Counted from the stretch's first letter, positions 1 to 14,148 are shown. The stretch is DNA of 64,000 bases from Bigelowiella natans CCMP2755 (GCA_000320545.1 ADNK01001003.1:20698-84697); one strand, 5' to 3'. Numbers and translations: made by a program. Notes: generated by a model from the sequence alone, not told the origin.

Positions 1-325
1 ATCGAGCCTGTAGTGAGAGTAGGAACAAACAGTAATCAAGATGGTGGAGGAGAAGTCAATCGAGTAATAATACGCTCGAGGAGCATTCGCTGGGTGTAGG
101 AGAAATCGCGTGCGTGATTGCACACTTGAGGGCGATTCTAGAGGACATCTCATATGTTAGATATTCTCTCCGCTGCTGCTAGTTGTCGTTGTCGTAGTCG
201 TCACCATCATTAATATTCTGCAAGCTATCCGAACATTCATGTGGTACTGCACGCACCAAACCAACAGCAGTGACGAATGGTGACAACGACGACGACTACG
301 ACGACGAGGAAGACATCGTTACGAC

Positions 326-3300
326 CTGCATCAACACCGTCCTGAATTGTCACGGCAAAGGTAATCGATCGATCGATGGGAAGGGCGTTCTCTGCGATGA
401 CCAAAGATGGCGCTGTGATGGGAGTGAGCACGGCTGTGTTTGTCTCCAGATTCAGCGCTCCGGAGGGGTTGCTCCATCGGTACGTTATCTGATGGTCGTG
501 GTGGTGGTAGTGCATGCGAATTGATAGAATTATGATTCAAGTCAACCATGATGCTACAGATGGCGAATGTTGTCACCGTTGTGCACGGGGCATCAGCATC
601 CTCCTCCTCCTCATCATCATTATTATTCTTATCCCCTCACTGCCACCACTTTTGCACATCACTATCACCATCTCGCGTGAGGCGGAGGCCGTTTCAACGA
701 ATCGCCGTGATCACCACGTCCTACAATTACATCTGTTATTCTTACTGCTATTACTACTACTACCTCATCGGATTCGCCAGGCGTAACCGCTGTTGCACAC
801 CTGAGCATCTCATTCGTGTTAAATGTACCCCCCACTGGGACATTGCAGCCAATGCGGACCGTGGGAATCAATGTAGGGGACGTGAAGACGACCTGCGTAG
901 CATTTGCCCCTCGCAACCTCCCCGCCACGGCCACGCCGGTCACTATGAGCTGGACGATGTACGTCAGGTCGCTGCTGAGGCCCTGATCATCCGTGTTGAT
1001 TACGAGCGTCGACTGGTTCGCCGAGGCCGGGGGCAGGGCAACAGCGTCGCCGAAGGAGCTCTCCATGCGCCACTCGTACTGGAGGGCGTCCTCGGGGCCG
1101 GCTGCGGGGTCAAACGAAGAACTGCCGTCGATCCGGAAGCTCATGGGCTGCTCTTGCAGCACGGGAACAGTGATGCTGCTGCCGCCCTCGATGACAGCGA
1201 TCACTGGATCGATGAGGACGTTGACGACAACACTCGTATTCAAGCCCACGATGCCCTGGGCGTCCTCCTGTTCCACCAGGATGTTAAAACCGTATACCAG
1301 CCCGAATTGAAGGGTGTCGGGGGGGATCCTCAGGTCGCTGTCGGTTGGATTTGGGACCTGAACGGAGTCATTCGTGAGCAGAAGGCCGACGTTTCCTAGG
1401 TTCTCAGCCAGTCGCGTGCCAGGAAATACCTGGAACCACCTAGTTGTCACCGTGTATCCAACCAGCCCGAGATCGCTTGACTCTGTGCATTCCGGCTCGG
1501 CGATGAGCGTGCGCACGTCCAAAGGATCTGACCTCCGTTGGAAGATTGTCAGACCGGTGGGTAGGCGGACATCGGGGACGGGCCCTATCAGCTTCAGGAT
1601 CTCATACGGAATGACGCTTTGAGCCCCCAGCCAGTTGACCAACAGCACCTGCACTGCATGGAGGCCTGGGGGGAGCAAGTCGGAGCTAAAATCCGCAGTA
1701 GTCGTATCGAGTTGTAGGTCCGCATTCACTGCCACGGAATCAGCAGAGCCCTCCACGTAAGTCCATTGATACAATGTAAGCTCTCTACCTGCTGTACCGC
1801 TGTGCGCCATCGCTTGCAACGTGATGAGGATGCACGGACCTACTTCCCGAGGCCCAAGGATCTCCACAGACGGAAGCTTGAGATCGACGGGGGCTTCAAG
1901 TAGCAGAGTTGTCTGCGGGGTGAAGGTAGTGCCACTTCGTGGGTCTGCTGAAGGAAATGTGACCACGTCGCCGAGCACCGTAATCACATCGGAGATATTG
2001 ACGCTGAATTGCGGGCCAAGTTTGATCTCAACCAAGTCTGGGGCGATCCATGCACAGAGAGGCTCTTCGCCTAGCAGCACGATGGTGTTAGCATCGAATA
2101 GCCCGCTGCAGCTTAGTTCGGGCATGTTCGTGGGCTGGCTGAAGCCTACCTCAATCGTGACGTTTTGGTCGTTAAATACGGCCCTGTTAGCAGTGACGAA
2201 GGGCTGGGGCGTTGGCGTCATAGTCAAGGTCGGAGATGTTGTCTGTGGCGAGGCTGATGTTGGATTCGCAGTGGACACGAAGCTTCTCGAAGGTGCGGTT
2301 GTTAACTGGGGGGAGGAAGAGGAGGAGGTCGTCGGTGCCGTGCTAGTGGTCGGGGCGACGGTGGACCCTGTGGGTATCGAAGAAGGTGCTTCTGCCGAAT
2401 TTGTAGATGGGACGGTAGTGGGTGAAAGTGCAGCTGTAGGCGCGCTTGTGATCCCTCCAACTGGGGCTATTGAGGGGGGGAAGGTGCTAACGATTGGGCC
2501 ATCGGTCACAGGGCATCTTGTCGTCGTTGGAGCACTTGAGAAGGGGGATGTGCTTGGAGCAGAAGACTGTGGGAATGCTGTCGAGGTAGGGGCAAATGAG
2601 AAGGAGGAGGAGGAGGAAGAAGGGGAGGCAGTTGTGACCATGGGGGCAGCAGAGGAAGGATTCACTGAAGCAGCAGTGGGGACACCGGTCGGTGCCACTG
2701 GAGCGAGTGTTTGAGGTGAGGCTGTTGGCGATGCTGTAAGTCGAGTTGGAGATTCTGTGACTTGGAGAATAGGTGAAACCGTCGGAGTTGCTGTCGGGCT
2801 ATTCGTCACTTGAACTGGCGAAATCGTCGTCGGACACGTGGTAGGGCCGGAAGTATCAAAACTGGGTTGCGCTGTCTGTGGTACGGAGGTCGGGCTATCG
2901 GTTATTTGAGTGGTGGGGTTGGTAGTTTGTGTCGGCGCCATTGTTGCGGTCGGGCTCAGCGTGTTTCCAGAGCAGGGATACTGTACAGAGACTCGTACTA
3001 CTTCGTTCCATCGAGGTTCGGACCCCGCAAAATAGCTGTAACCGTTGTGAATGATTACACCTTTTCCATATGCGAACAGAGTGACCCAAGCTTGGGTTTG
3101 GTAGCCGTAGAGTACCGTTGCGCTAGCAGGATAACTTGATGAGTCAAATGGCGCAATTGTATTCTGATTGGGCACCAATTCTGGCCCATTTCGGAATAGT
3201 GTTACGCCTGCGGCCCTAGTTCTTAGCGCCAATTCATTCACAGCTGCAACGTCGATAGCCCGTTCGACGTTGATGTTAAAGATCCCTAACAAATCCCTGT

Positions 3301-4476
3301 CTCGATTGTTGAAATCTCCATGCAAGATCAGCACATTACCATCCCTTACGAACTTCCTGAGACCCTGCCTGTCTTCTGAATTCAGGGCTATTTTAAAATC
3401 TCCATTCTCCAGCTCGGGAACTACGAAAACCTCGAAACCACTGAGCAGGCTAGTAAGTGCCCCCTGCTGAAACGTTTCTATCAGTGCGACGCGCGCATAT
3501 TGTTGTACCGCTGCTAATGTGTTTGCAGTGTCTGATTCCCTGTCAGTGAAAGCACTATCCGTCAGCATGGTTGCTAAGGGACTCGCCCGCCCATTTGGAC
3601 ATCGCAACGGTGCTGTAGTAGACGCCGTTGGTGATCTCGGAGTCGGTCCAAATGTAGGCAAAGAGGGTGCGGTTCCAGGGCATCCCATCATCACAGACAG
3701 TTGCTCTACTAGATCCCAGTCTGGCTGAGAACCATCGAAGTAACTATATCCGTTATAAACTATGTTTCCCTGCCCATAAGGGAAAACGGTTACCCAGGTT
3801 TGGGTGCCATTGTCGTATATTGACTTTGCGGTCGGGGGTAGAGAGTTCATATCGATTGGAGTAACAATTCGCTCTCGGGGAAGTGAGGGCGGACCCTGAG
3901 CAAAATCCCCATTAGATCCCTCCGTTGAGATCGGAGCACCGAGTAAGACTTCAGCAAATGATGGCACAGTTCGGACGACATCTATTTCGAAAACTGTCAA
4001 AAAGAAACTGCTGAATCGATTGGTGAATTCACCGTGTATAATGAGGATGCTGCCATCATTTACGAAGTCACGTAAGGCTTTCCGATCGTTGGCAGAAAGA
4101 GCAATCCCCCAGTCTCGCCGTTCTAACTCGGGGATCAAGAAAACTCGGTACCCCGAGATCTCTGCCCTCAAGTTATCCGGTTGGAAGGATGTGAATGTAG
4201 TTACTGGTGTGAAAGATTTTACAACGTTGAGATTGCTCAGGGCATCATCTGAAGTGTCCACAAATTCATTGTCGAAGAACACAAGCACCTCTGGAATGGG
4301 AGCATTCCCGTCGCACGTTGGAAAATTACTGGAACACACACACAAAATAAATGAAAAATTAGAGACCTTTGGAGAATAATGTTGATGATCTCCAAGTACC
4401 TTTGCTGGGCAAGTATTTGAGGCAAAAGGCCTAGCAATACAAGGTTCAGCAGCAGAAAGGGCCAGACCCTTGGCAT
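326..4476 (-). CDS. Secreted or cell-surface protein: signal peptide, two tandem ~200-aa globular domains, Ser/Thr/Pro mucin-like stalk, REJ/PKD-like region (polycystin-1-like architecture). 3' partial, probably continues past the left edge.
   Basis: Exon 1 (4476-4400) encodes hydrophobic MPRVWPFLLLNLVLLGLLPQILAQQ. A GT-AG intron at 4399-4329 joins it in frame to the 1226-aa ORF (S-NFPTCD). A second intron at 763-489 joins ...TPGESDE|ITYRWSNPSG... in phase 0, and the next donor is at 325. REJ-like motifs include IDGSSSFDP..L.YEW and LTLYQWT. Confidence 0.8.
2200..2970 (-). other. Ser/Thr/Pro-rich mucin-like stalk (SPT/APT repeats) within the surface protein
   Basis: Translation is rich in SPT, APT and PTS motifs and poly-S. 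Confidence 0.85.
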
Positions 4477-6810
4477 ACGTGAGATTCTTGCGAAGGAGTC
4501 CTTATAAACCTGGCCAATCTGAAGACCCTTTCCCTTCTATCAAGGTAGATTCCAGGTAGAGTGTGCTATAATTAAATAAATCCAAAAACAAGACGACTTT
4601 AGACATGCTGGTATAACTATGTGTTGTTGGTCAAACTTTCCCATTTTACCCATAACAAGATTATTAGATGGGATAATGTGCACGTCCCAGAGGAAAATGG
4701 CATGCCCAGATTTGGAACTCTCAATGCAATGGTCCCAAAAAAAGTAATAGTTTCTAGTAGTGGTTATATTTTCTAATAATCGTATTCATAAACTTTGTAT
4801 TAGCCGTGTAGTGCAAATAGTTTCCCTGTCTGCAACGTAGCTAAGTATTGTGTCGGAGCTTTGTACTGCTCTTCAGCGTCGAAAAAGTAGATACTAACCC
4901 CCCCCCTTTCGTAAAATAAGCATAGACATACATTGGGAATAAACGAGGAGAAAGGATTATCGGAGCTAGTTGCCTGGACTCCGCTCCAATGTAATCGACT
5001 TATTTTTAAACTAAAGGGTCGGGGATGTCGAATGCAATCCAAATTAGGAGATATGGTCCCAAAATACGCCCCTGATGTAGGTAGAAAACTTGGGAAATTC
5101 ATCGTGCGACAGACGGAATCTCCACTGTGTGAGCTTTCTGCGCGTGCGTTGTACATTCTAGCACGCACTACTCCACGATATTCAGCCTGCAAGAGTAACT
5201 ACATGTTTCCGAGAACCAGTACCAGCAACTCCAATTTTCTTCGGATTAGAAATTCGCCATTTGTTCAGATTTCTCAACATTCCAAATGTTATTCTAATAT
5301 GGGGATAAAACTCCATCTAGGTTACAGATGCAAGACGCTGTTAACAAAAATACTCGCTTTCACTCAAATATTTGGATCATTTCTCATCCTTGTAGGTTGA
5401 ACAAAGCCCGCATGCGACAAGTGATGATGGATGTCGACACGCAAAGACACAGACGATTGCATCACTAAAGTTGTAAACATAGATTGAGATACATTTTCTG
5501 CATGTCCTTCTTTTGATGTTCTGAAAATGTCTGTAAAAGACACCCAACCTTTTAAAAAATTTAGGTATTCCATTGTATTCTGGCAACGAAATTCCCAATC
5601 ATGGCTGGTTTAAAATGAGAATTATGTCTCATCCTTCCAAAAGCAAACATTCAGAGTATCGGCTGCCAGATGTTCTCCGTTCTCCACAACAGGCAACAGG
5701 CCAACACGCTTTGGAGGTGAAGAATACACATAAGACATGGAAATTTTGGAAAGTTTTTGGTGTCGTACCCTTTTTGTAAAAATAGGTGAAAACACATCGA
5801 ACGACTTCAAACCATATCAGACAAAGGCAATTTTCACCTTTTTAGAAATGAACAGTAACGACAAAGCAAATTATTTGACGCATGCTTTCAATAAGCTTAG
5901 CCCAGTAATTTAGTTTGTCTCAATTATTCAGTACATTTAACACCATTGGGGGAGATTCGATATGATGGAAATTGTGTAAAAGTGGTAGCAGTTTGTTGTC
6001 GTAACTTATTGAAATCAGAAGAAATTACACGTCTGGATGATATGCTTGATAAAACCTGATCTAAATTACACATCGCAAACTGTTCTGGGCTTAAGATTCA
6101 CATCATCCCGTACAACAATGAATGCCCAAAAAAACCCACCTACGACAGGATTCTTGATTAATTCTTTCATAGAATAGAATGAATATTACCCTGGTTGGCA
6201 TTTGCTAAGTAAATCGCTATTTTGATTTTCGAGGTGAAATCTAGTCTGTTGAAGTTCAGGAGAATCCCAGATTAATCGAAATCTTCTCAGTTTGGGGGGA
6301 TATATTGATATTTTTCTTTGTCGTAACAAAATAAAGTATTGAATTTAGGTCATTTTGTGTCTGTGACGACTTGCTGGTAGTCTGAAGGCAAGGGGATACT
6401 AAACTTGAGGAGAATCAAGACCGTGAGAGGTCCAGGATAGATGAGTTGATGTAGATGAGTTGATGCCAATACTGATGTGAGGAGAAAGCTAAAATAATAG
6501 GGGATGCGATGAGACGATTTAGATGAATTTCCATGATAAAGTAAAGAGAGATGGGGAACCATGCCATGAAATTCAAGGCCAGTTCCAATCCCTCAAATTA
6601 CTTTTATCTCTGAGTTCGCATTTCGAGCAAGGGATCACGGGTTCATTTTGCAGGAGATATAGGGAACAAACTGTTTTTCAACAATTCCATAGCCAAGAAG
6701 TTATCGCTAATGTTGTTTACTTGCGGTCACATTTCTTAGACTTGGCAATAAAGAATAGCACAGATCAATTCTTCTTCAGTGTACCAATTCGACTCGCAGG
6801 ATAATCGACC

Positions 6811-8303
6811 ATGAGCAAGACTCCTATCGTTTGCGATAACGGAACGGGTTTTGTAAAGCTAGGGTATGCTGGCGACTACTTTCCCACTCATGTGTTCCCC
6901 TCTATGGTGGGAACGCCGACCATGAAGTACTCTGAAGAGTTTGAAGATGTAGACTTGAAGAAGGTAACGCAATTATTTGTGCAATTCTCGCCGATTGCAT
7001 GTTTTCTCAACAAATCAACTGTGTGTAGGTCGTTGTCGGAGATGAAGCTCAAAAGTACAGGCATATGCTCGAGGTTAAGTACCCTGTAGCAGCAGGAAAG
7101 ATCCTGTACTGGAAGGGCGACTACTCCATCCACCACATCTGGGAGTACGCATGGAAAGAAAAATTAGAGATCAATCCATCCGAGCACAATATTTTGCTGA
7201 CAGAAGCACCCTCAAACCCAAAGTCAAATAAGCTTAGAATGCTTGAGGCGATGTTGGAGAAGTACCAATTCGCTGGTGCGACATGCGTGATGCAGGCAAT
7301 TCTTGCCCTCTATGCTCAGGGACTAGACACAGGTGTAGTGCTTGACGCTGGTGATGGAGTCTCACATTGTATTCCTGTGTGGGAAGGAGTTATGCTTAAG
7401 AACGAAATTAAGCGACTTGATGTTGCTGGGAGGAACGTTACTGAACGTCTCATTAAGCTTCTGCAAGCCCGCGGCCATAACTTTCATAGATCTGCAGATA
7501 TGGATACTGTGCGTCAGGTATACTTACCTTTCTCCTCTCTTGTGTACTCGTATCACGACGTCAATAATCCTTATTCAGATAAAGGAAAAACACTGCTACA
7601 TTGGTTACGATCTGGAAGTTGAGAACAAGCTGGCTGTTGATACGACATGCTTGACAACAAAATATAAGCTTCCGGATTCGCGAGTCATTACTCTGGGAGC
7701 AGAGCGCTTTCAAGCTCCTGAAGTGCTCTTCCAGGTAAGGAGATGCTTTGACACATAAACTGAATGGCATAAGACATGATGTTCTCCTTTCAGCCACACT
7801 TGGGTGACGAAAAGTACGCAGAGCAGAAAGGAATTCACGAGATGGTGTACAACATGATCATGGGGGTGAGTTTCATTACAGATACGATATTGATACGGTA
7901 CACATAATATGCTTATCAATTTTTGCCAGTGTGATATTGATCTCCGGAAAGATTTCTTCAAGAGGATTGTGCTCTCGGGAGGAAGCACTATGTACCCTGG
8001 ACTTCCGACCCGTTTGGAGAAGGAAATTCAAAAATTGGTGCTTGAGCGGAATTTTAAGGGCGACAAGGCTTTGTTAAAAAAATTCAAGATTAAAGTGGAG
8101 GTGCAATGATGATTTCGTTACAGAATGTGAACATATGTGACAGATATATCTTGTAGGATCCTCCACGCCGGAAGTATATGGTTTTCCTTGGAGGCGCTGT
8201 CCTTGCAGATCTCATGAAAGACAACCAGGAATTCTGGATATCGAAGGAAGAATGGGCTGAAAAGGGAGGAGAAAGGGTTCTTGCCGAGCGTTGGAAAATC
8301 TAA
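6811..8303 (+). CDS. ARP2: Actin-related protein 2 (Arp2/3 complex subunit), 6 exons, 395 aa
   Basis: Exons 6811-6963, 7029-7517, 7579-7734, 7794-7865, 7930-8100 and 8157-8303, all GT-AG and in frame. Motifs: [50 protein letters not shown] and the Arp2-type [17 protein letters not shown]. Confidence 0.95.
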
Positions 8304-8576
8304 ACATTTATTCCCACATATCGACCTCATCTAATCAATGCAAATTAAAGTAGCTATGTTCGTACATTTATCACGAACTTAGCAGTCAGCTCCGCGACAA
8401 AGTAATAAACATCGCAGATATGTAATACCTAGAATACGTCTAGTAATAAGGGCTGGTTACAACATGAGGTAATCCGCGCATTGCACGCACATGTCGTGTT
8501 AATTATTCAAGGCACCAGTAGTCTGCGGCCACATGTCTAGATCGAGCTGAGCATGTGAGCGTACGTAGTTCTTGCC

Positions 8577-8577
<1 letters not shown>

Positions 8578-8616
<39 letters not shown>

Positions 8617-8710
8617 TACACACACAAACATAAATGCATGCATTGTAGCATGAGGTGCATGTATATGTGTGTCCGTGCAGTAAACTGCATGATCGTGTAC
8701 ACAAAACGAT

Positions 8711-8746
<36 letters not shown>
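8578..8746. repeat. (CA)n and (TG)n microsatellites in inverted orientation
   Basis: (CA)n at ~8578-8630 and (GT)n at ~8713-8746. Confidence 0.9.
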
Positions 8747-8750
<4 letters not shown>

Positions 8751-9470
8751 CGCACAAGAATCATGCACGACACTACTAGCTGCACTTGCACATTGTCTGC
8801 GCTACGATGGCACGATGTACAAGTCAAGCAGACGCTGTTCATCACTTGCATGATTTGCTTTAGTGTGCAAACACAACGCAGCTAGTAGAACATGCAGAGC
8901 AGCACGTACAGCAGCTAGAGCGGCTGCGATGCGCTATACGTGCGTGTGCACCTGCCATGATGACAGCTTTGTTATGATGCTAGAATGGGTTTGTTCTGCG
9001 ATAGCATTGTGACTCTCGGCCATTCTAGCGTATCGTAGTGCATGTGTGAAGCATCGCAGCACCCACAATAATTTTCAAACATTATAGCCATTCATCAAAT
9101 ATGCATTATGCATTGCGATCGACTAGTGCGTGCATGTGTACGTTCGTATTGCACACATATGTGGAGCGTGCATCCACGCTAGCTATGTGTACTGCTCACT
9201 ATGTTTCGATGCACCATTATCGTTGCAATGACAGTTCAATTTGTTTACTGTATCATCCACGATCGACAGCATACATGTATCATGCTATATGCATCGCTGC
9301 CAGCGCATGCAAACTTCCCAGCGAAAACACACTATGCTAGCTGGGCCGCAATGTGTCACACATGTCACATTTCGCATTTGTGTCCAAACGTACTACTGTT
9401 GTGATTAGTCATCATTGCTACATCGCCACACTTCACTTTGACATGTAGCAGCTGCATAATACTGGAGGAT

Positions 9471-12400
9471 TCAAGAAAGCACGAATTTAGCTTCGCTCGT
9501 CCTAAATCCACAAGGCTTTAAATTCGAGCTAGAATTTGTAGTCACGGATTTTAATTTCGCCTTTGGCACAAACAGGCCTGGTGCTGCTGGTCCATCCTCA
9601 TCATCGTTCTCCCCATCGTCAGCCCGCGTGTATCTAGAAGAATAGCAGCATGAGATAATTGCAGTTCCCCAACTTAGGCTTATTTATCACTTTCATGTCA
9701 TACCCAATGCAATTGTCATCCAGCATCACTATCTTGGCTCCGAGCCATGCAGAATTATCAGATGAAGAGTTTCCTTCCTATCCACAAAATAATGAGTAAA
9801 TGACGACTATGGTCAGATGCATGGAAAGCCCAACGAGTCTATAGTTGATTGCGTACTTTGCCAGCCGATTCTGCGACGTGCGTCTCCAGGAGCAATCTCT
9901 CTGCTATATGAGACGAAAAGAGATTCCAAAACGCAGACGCCGTTTCCTGTATCAACCCAGTCACCAAAATCAATATTGCCCAGTAGTAAAGGGGTAATGA
10001 TATATTACTGGAATGTCCAGAATGTTTCTCTTTTTACTGTCGCGACAAAGGTCTATAGCAACGAGACTGTTGATGGGAGGAATTTTTGTTGGCCACGTTG
10101 GAAGAACAAGATTTTTCAAGATGGAAAGCTCCATTATGAGTAGGAAGCTGTGTGGGTGCACGCACCTTAATTCTCTCAGAGATATCTGCTTCGAATCGAG
10201 TAATGTTTGCACTCTGTGAGGCGTACCGACCTTCGTTTTATGGGACCAGCATGGAAGATAAGGCAGAACACGGAAACAGACATGGGTGGCAAAATGAGAG
10301 AAGAAAAGAAACACGCAAAGACAAGATAAGAGGAATAAACAGCAGTTAATTTGGAAAAATGAGTATGAGTGTGACCCCGGCAATGACTGGATTATTTTTC
10401 ACATATAGCCCTTGTTCCGCCGGCTTTGAAGACTAGGAGCGGTAACAAAGCAAAAACACCAAACCACCTCATTAGCAATTAAATGACACGACTGGAGTTT
10501 AAAAAGTTGTGGAGAGAAACGAAGCTGACTTTGGCAGAAAGCCGTGCGATGAATTTCTCTCCCCCGAGCTCTGTCCTGAGATCCCTAAGAATTCAGTAAC
10601 GCAATGAACTAAGTTGTGTGAAACTGCGGAGGAACAGCCCGAAACCACCTGCATATTTCCGCAGCACGACCGACACTGCTTGTTAATATCATCAGTGGAA
10701 AGCTTCCAGGGTTGTTCTCGTCCTGGGATCTGCTATGATCAGTACCGTTATTATGACGGACGAGATCTCTGAACCGCATCCTTTGATGACGTGTTGATTG
10801 TTGGCGTCTCTTCGCGTTCAAAACTTCCGGCTGCAGCAACAGCCTCAGTCTTGCCGCCAACGACACGCTCCTCCTTTGTGATCCTCTGCCCCTTTTAAGG
10901 AAGGGAAGATTTGTGATGCAACCTCCCGACGACAAAGTTGCGCTGGTGTTGGGGGAGAGAAAAGAGACTGGCTCCTGTTTCAATCGTCGTCTGTTGTAAA
11001 ACATGACGTTATCGAAAAGTAGATCATCTTTGGCTTCAATCGCCTTCCTAATACAAATTTTGATTCTCGCCCGCTACACATATTTCCCCTTCTTTTTCAC
11101 CCCCTTTTTACCGTTTCGCCGGGTTTTCTTTCCTATCCATGGTTCGTGCACACTTTGCAACCAACCACCGGCCCTAAAAAATGAGATGGAGATGAAGAAG
11201 GAAAAAAGGCAGTTCGATGATGAGAATGAAGTAAAAATGTTCAGGCAATTTCTCCTCAGAGCGCGTTTATTTTTTTTCTCCAGCCATACTCTGACGCCCT
11301 TAATAATTTAGTAGAAAGTTAATCTTGACGACCACCTGTTGATGCGGGGTACAGGTGGAGATGAAATCTGCAATTTCATTCAACTCGCAGTCTACGAGGG
11401 CCTAATGTATGTAGTATGGCATCGTTTCATCAATATCCTGAATGAGCCCAAGATATCCGCTTTTCATGCGCACCTTTCGTTGATTCTTCCCCCTCTCTGA
11501 CTTGATACGAGTTGGAACTGTGCCTGCAGCATCTACTTCTGGTTTTGATTGGAGATGGTTTGTATGCGAGGGAAAGAGCATAGATGCTGCTCCATTTGCT
11601 GTCGTCGGTCCCGTTATTTTACTTGAATTTTCGCATCTGGTAGTGTTGGCAAGCCTGTCGTTTGACCTCTGCTTCTGAAGAGGGGTAGAGCAGTCAGTGG
11701 ATACTCACGAAGAATGGTTTCCGGTGCAAAAATAAGAAAACATGATTACCTTTAACTTGAGCATTTGTCTCCTCTTAGCTCTTCGCTCCTACATTACAAA
11801 GTTCTTGTGACTACTTCTCACAAAAGCACATACATGAGACGATAATTGCTGAAGTATCGTCTGGACTGAACTCACAGCTCACTGCTGGGTACCTTACGGT
11901 CTATCCTTCTCCGGACTTTCGCTTGGTCTAAGTTTTTTTGCATTTGAATGAACTTCCGTTTCCCTGAAGATATAAGAAGCCACCCTTTACGTTTCAGTTG
12001 AGCAAGTACAAGTTGTTGTGTCATCGTACCAGTGTATGATCTTCTGTTCCTCAAAATTATCTGTTTTGCGTGTTAAGATTGTTGTTTTGAAAACTTACTG
12101 AACTCCCGACGCTCAAGAGTTGCTTTTCCCCCTCCTCCACCAGCCTTGATGTAACTAGGCCACAATTGATATGTTGATCGATACTGTGTGCACGGAGAAA
12201 TGTTTCCAGCAAAGGGGCTGACCCTGCTGCGTGGTCTGGAGGTACATCTTGCTGGCCGATTGTCGAATTCTATAATCGAGATGGGGGCTGAAGCCCTTTC
12301 CCGCGTTGACTTGCGATGGAAACTTTCTGAAAGGAGGAGGAACACGGGCAGCATTAGCTGACGATTTCTGGCAGTAGCCAATTTAGATTGCGTTAGTGTA

Positions 12401-12763
12401 CCGCATGGCTGCAAGCGAGGTAGCTGCGATTGTTCTTTTTGAGCCGACACTGATGCGGTGATCGCGAGTAGAGCCAGTGCATATGAGCATATATCAGGAA
12501 GGTCAGCCGCCAAGGTTGCAACACCAGGCACCATCATGAGTGCCTGAATAGAATGATTCGGACAATCAGGGTTGCCGTTCACTAGGTTTACTAGATTTGG
12601 TCTCGTTGTAACCGGCGGTTTTGTGGCGCAGCCTCCAAGCGCAGGAAGGTCGCCCCTCTCGATCAAACGCCTACGCGGCTATAACTCTAACTGGTCAAGC
12701 GATGCTTCTAAGCTTTACTTCTTGCGCATGACAGCGGTTGTCGGAACTCAGTTCTGGCTCCAT
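9471..12763 (-). CDS. Multi-exon hypothetical protein; start and internal exon structure uncertain
   Basis: Series of AG/GT-bounded open segments on the minus strand, e.g. LIERGDLPALGGC, PDCPNHSIQALMMVPG, ALVDCELNEIADFISTC, LKNLVLPTWPTKIPP and EGNSSSDNSAWLGAKIVMLDD. The terminal exon ...DDGENDDEDG...KFVLS ends in TGA at 9471. No family recognised. Confidence 0.5.
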
Positions 12764-13086
12764 GCCGGCTGTCGAGTGCTGATGTTCTTTTCTTTTTTGT
12801 TCGATCAAATTTTTAGAAAATATACGACAAAATATCGTAAGCAAAGTTTTGAGAAACGCAGGCATGGACTGGGATAACCCTGATTTATCTCCCGTGTCCC
12901 TGGAGCCCTATCGGGAGATTCTAAGATATATCTAGTATTAAAGTTTAACAGGATTGGATAGAATATGTGAGCACTGTGTCACGGCGTCGGCTTCTCCCAG
13001 AATAAACGCCCTTTAAGTGTGCGATATTTGCCTATATTTTGATCGATCGACATGGAAATGAAGATGTCGTTTGGTAAAATTGGACA

Positions 13087-13730
13087 ATGACTACTACTCC
13101 ATCTCCAGACAAATTCGAAAATTCGGAAGCACATGGGGATGAACCTGGAGGGAGGCCCCTTGTCAAGTTGCTTTCAGAATTGAATATGAAGGTTGAGCGC
13201 AAAACGATAAACACGGTCCGTAATAGCAACAGGCCCGCGGGAGAATGGTACGATCGCCTTCTACCAAATAAAGAACCAACTTATGTCTTATCGAAGCTGA
13301 TCTCTAAGGATCATGGTGACCTCGACCGTGTCTTCAAGATGATTGCAGATTTCAAGAGGTTGCCGGATTGGAATCCAAGTATCATTAGTGCATCTGAAAT
13401 GGAAAAGAAATTAGAGAACGCAGAGGGAGCTAAACAGATCAAAATTGAAGATTTGGTGGAAATATGCTGCGGTTGGAAGAAAAGAATTTGATAGATGCTC
13501 TCGTGAAATCCGACGAGAAAAGAGGACGTGTCGTTTTTATCGTACCTGACGCCCCGGGTGGAGTTTTTGTTGCACATCAGTACGAAGTTTCGACGACAAA
13601 TCCAGCTGGAATACAAGTTATTGATATGGTGTGGCTTCGAGTAAATTGTTGCCTAAGACCATTCGTTACATCAACAGCTAAAGCATCACATGTCACTGCA
13701 CTGGAAACCTTGTCAATGCATTTTATCTGA
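13087..13730 (+). CDS. SRPBCC/START (polyketide cyclase-like) fold protein with an apparent 1-nt frameshift near 13480
   Basis: ORF 13087-13491 has VFKMIADFKRLPDWNPSI, matching the V+..+.D+...P.WNP motif. It overlaps ORF 13464-13730, which supplies the remaining strands and the C-terminal helix. Adding one A to the A run at ~13480 fuses them. Confidence 0.6.
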
Positions 13731-14145
13731 TATCTATAATGTAATGGCTCGATCGATCGTTAAATTCTTGTCATAAACGTGGCCTTAACACCAGTATCGT
13801 TGGATGTTCACAAGAAGTGTTTGTCTCGCGAGCATATGTCTAAGTGAAGCAATACCCTTCAAGCTATGGTATTAAGACACATATTTATTATCATTGTGAG
13901 AAATGACGAAATAATGATATACGTAAGTGTGTAATCTTTGCGTTAATGATAATATCTGAAAAGCTCGAAATCGTTAAAGACCAGTGAGATAATTGAAACG
14001 GGCTAACATGCGTGTCAATACATTGGTGTTGGTATACGAGACAGGATTATAGACGTGTAATATAATATATATTCAATATATATTGATATTGTGTTACTAT
14101 TTATAATGTATACTATAGTATGTAATGATATCAAAATTTTCGATA

Positions 14146-14148
14146 GAC

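Noticed and set aside
660-725. Possible exon DVVITAIR*NGLR with in-frame TGA (TGA=Trp?)
   Set aside because: A single intron at 763-489 joins the flanking exons cleanly, so this segment is intronic.
4600-6560. Possible multi-exon minus-strand gene divergent from Arp2
   Set aside because: There are some splice-like sites and short open stretches, but I could not build a consistent frame or recognise a motif.
8499-8885. ORFs with HTHT/CVCV/YIYI/ERER runs here and elsewhere
   Set aside because: They are translations of dinucleotide microsatellites.
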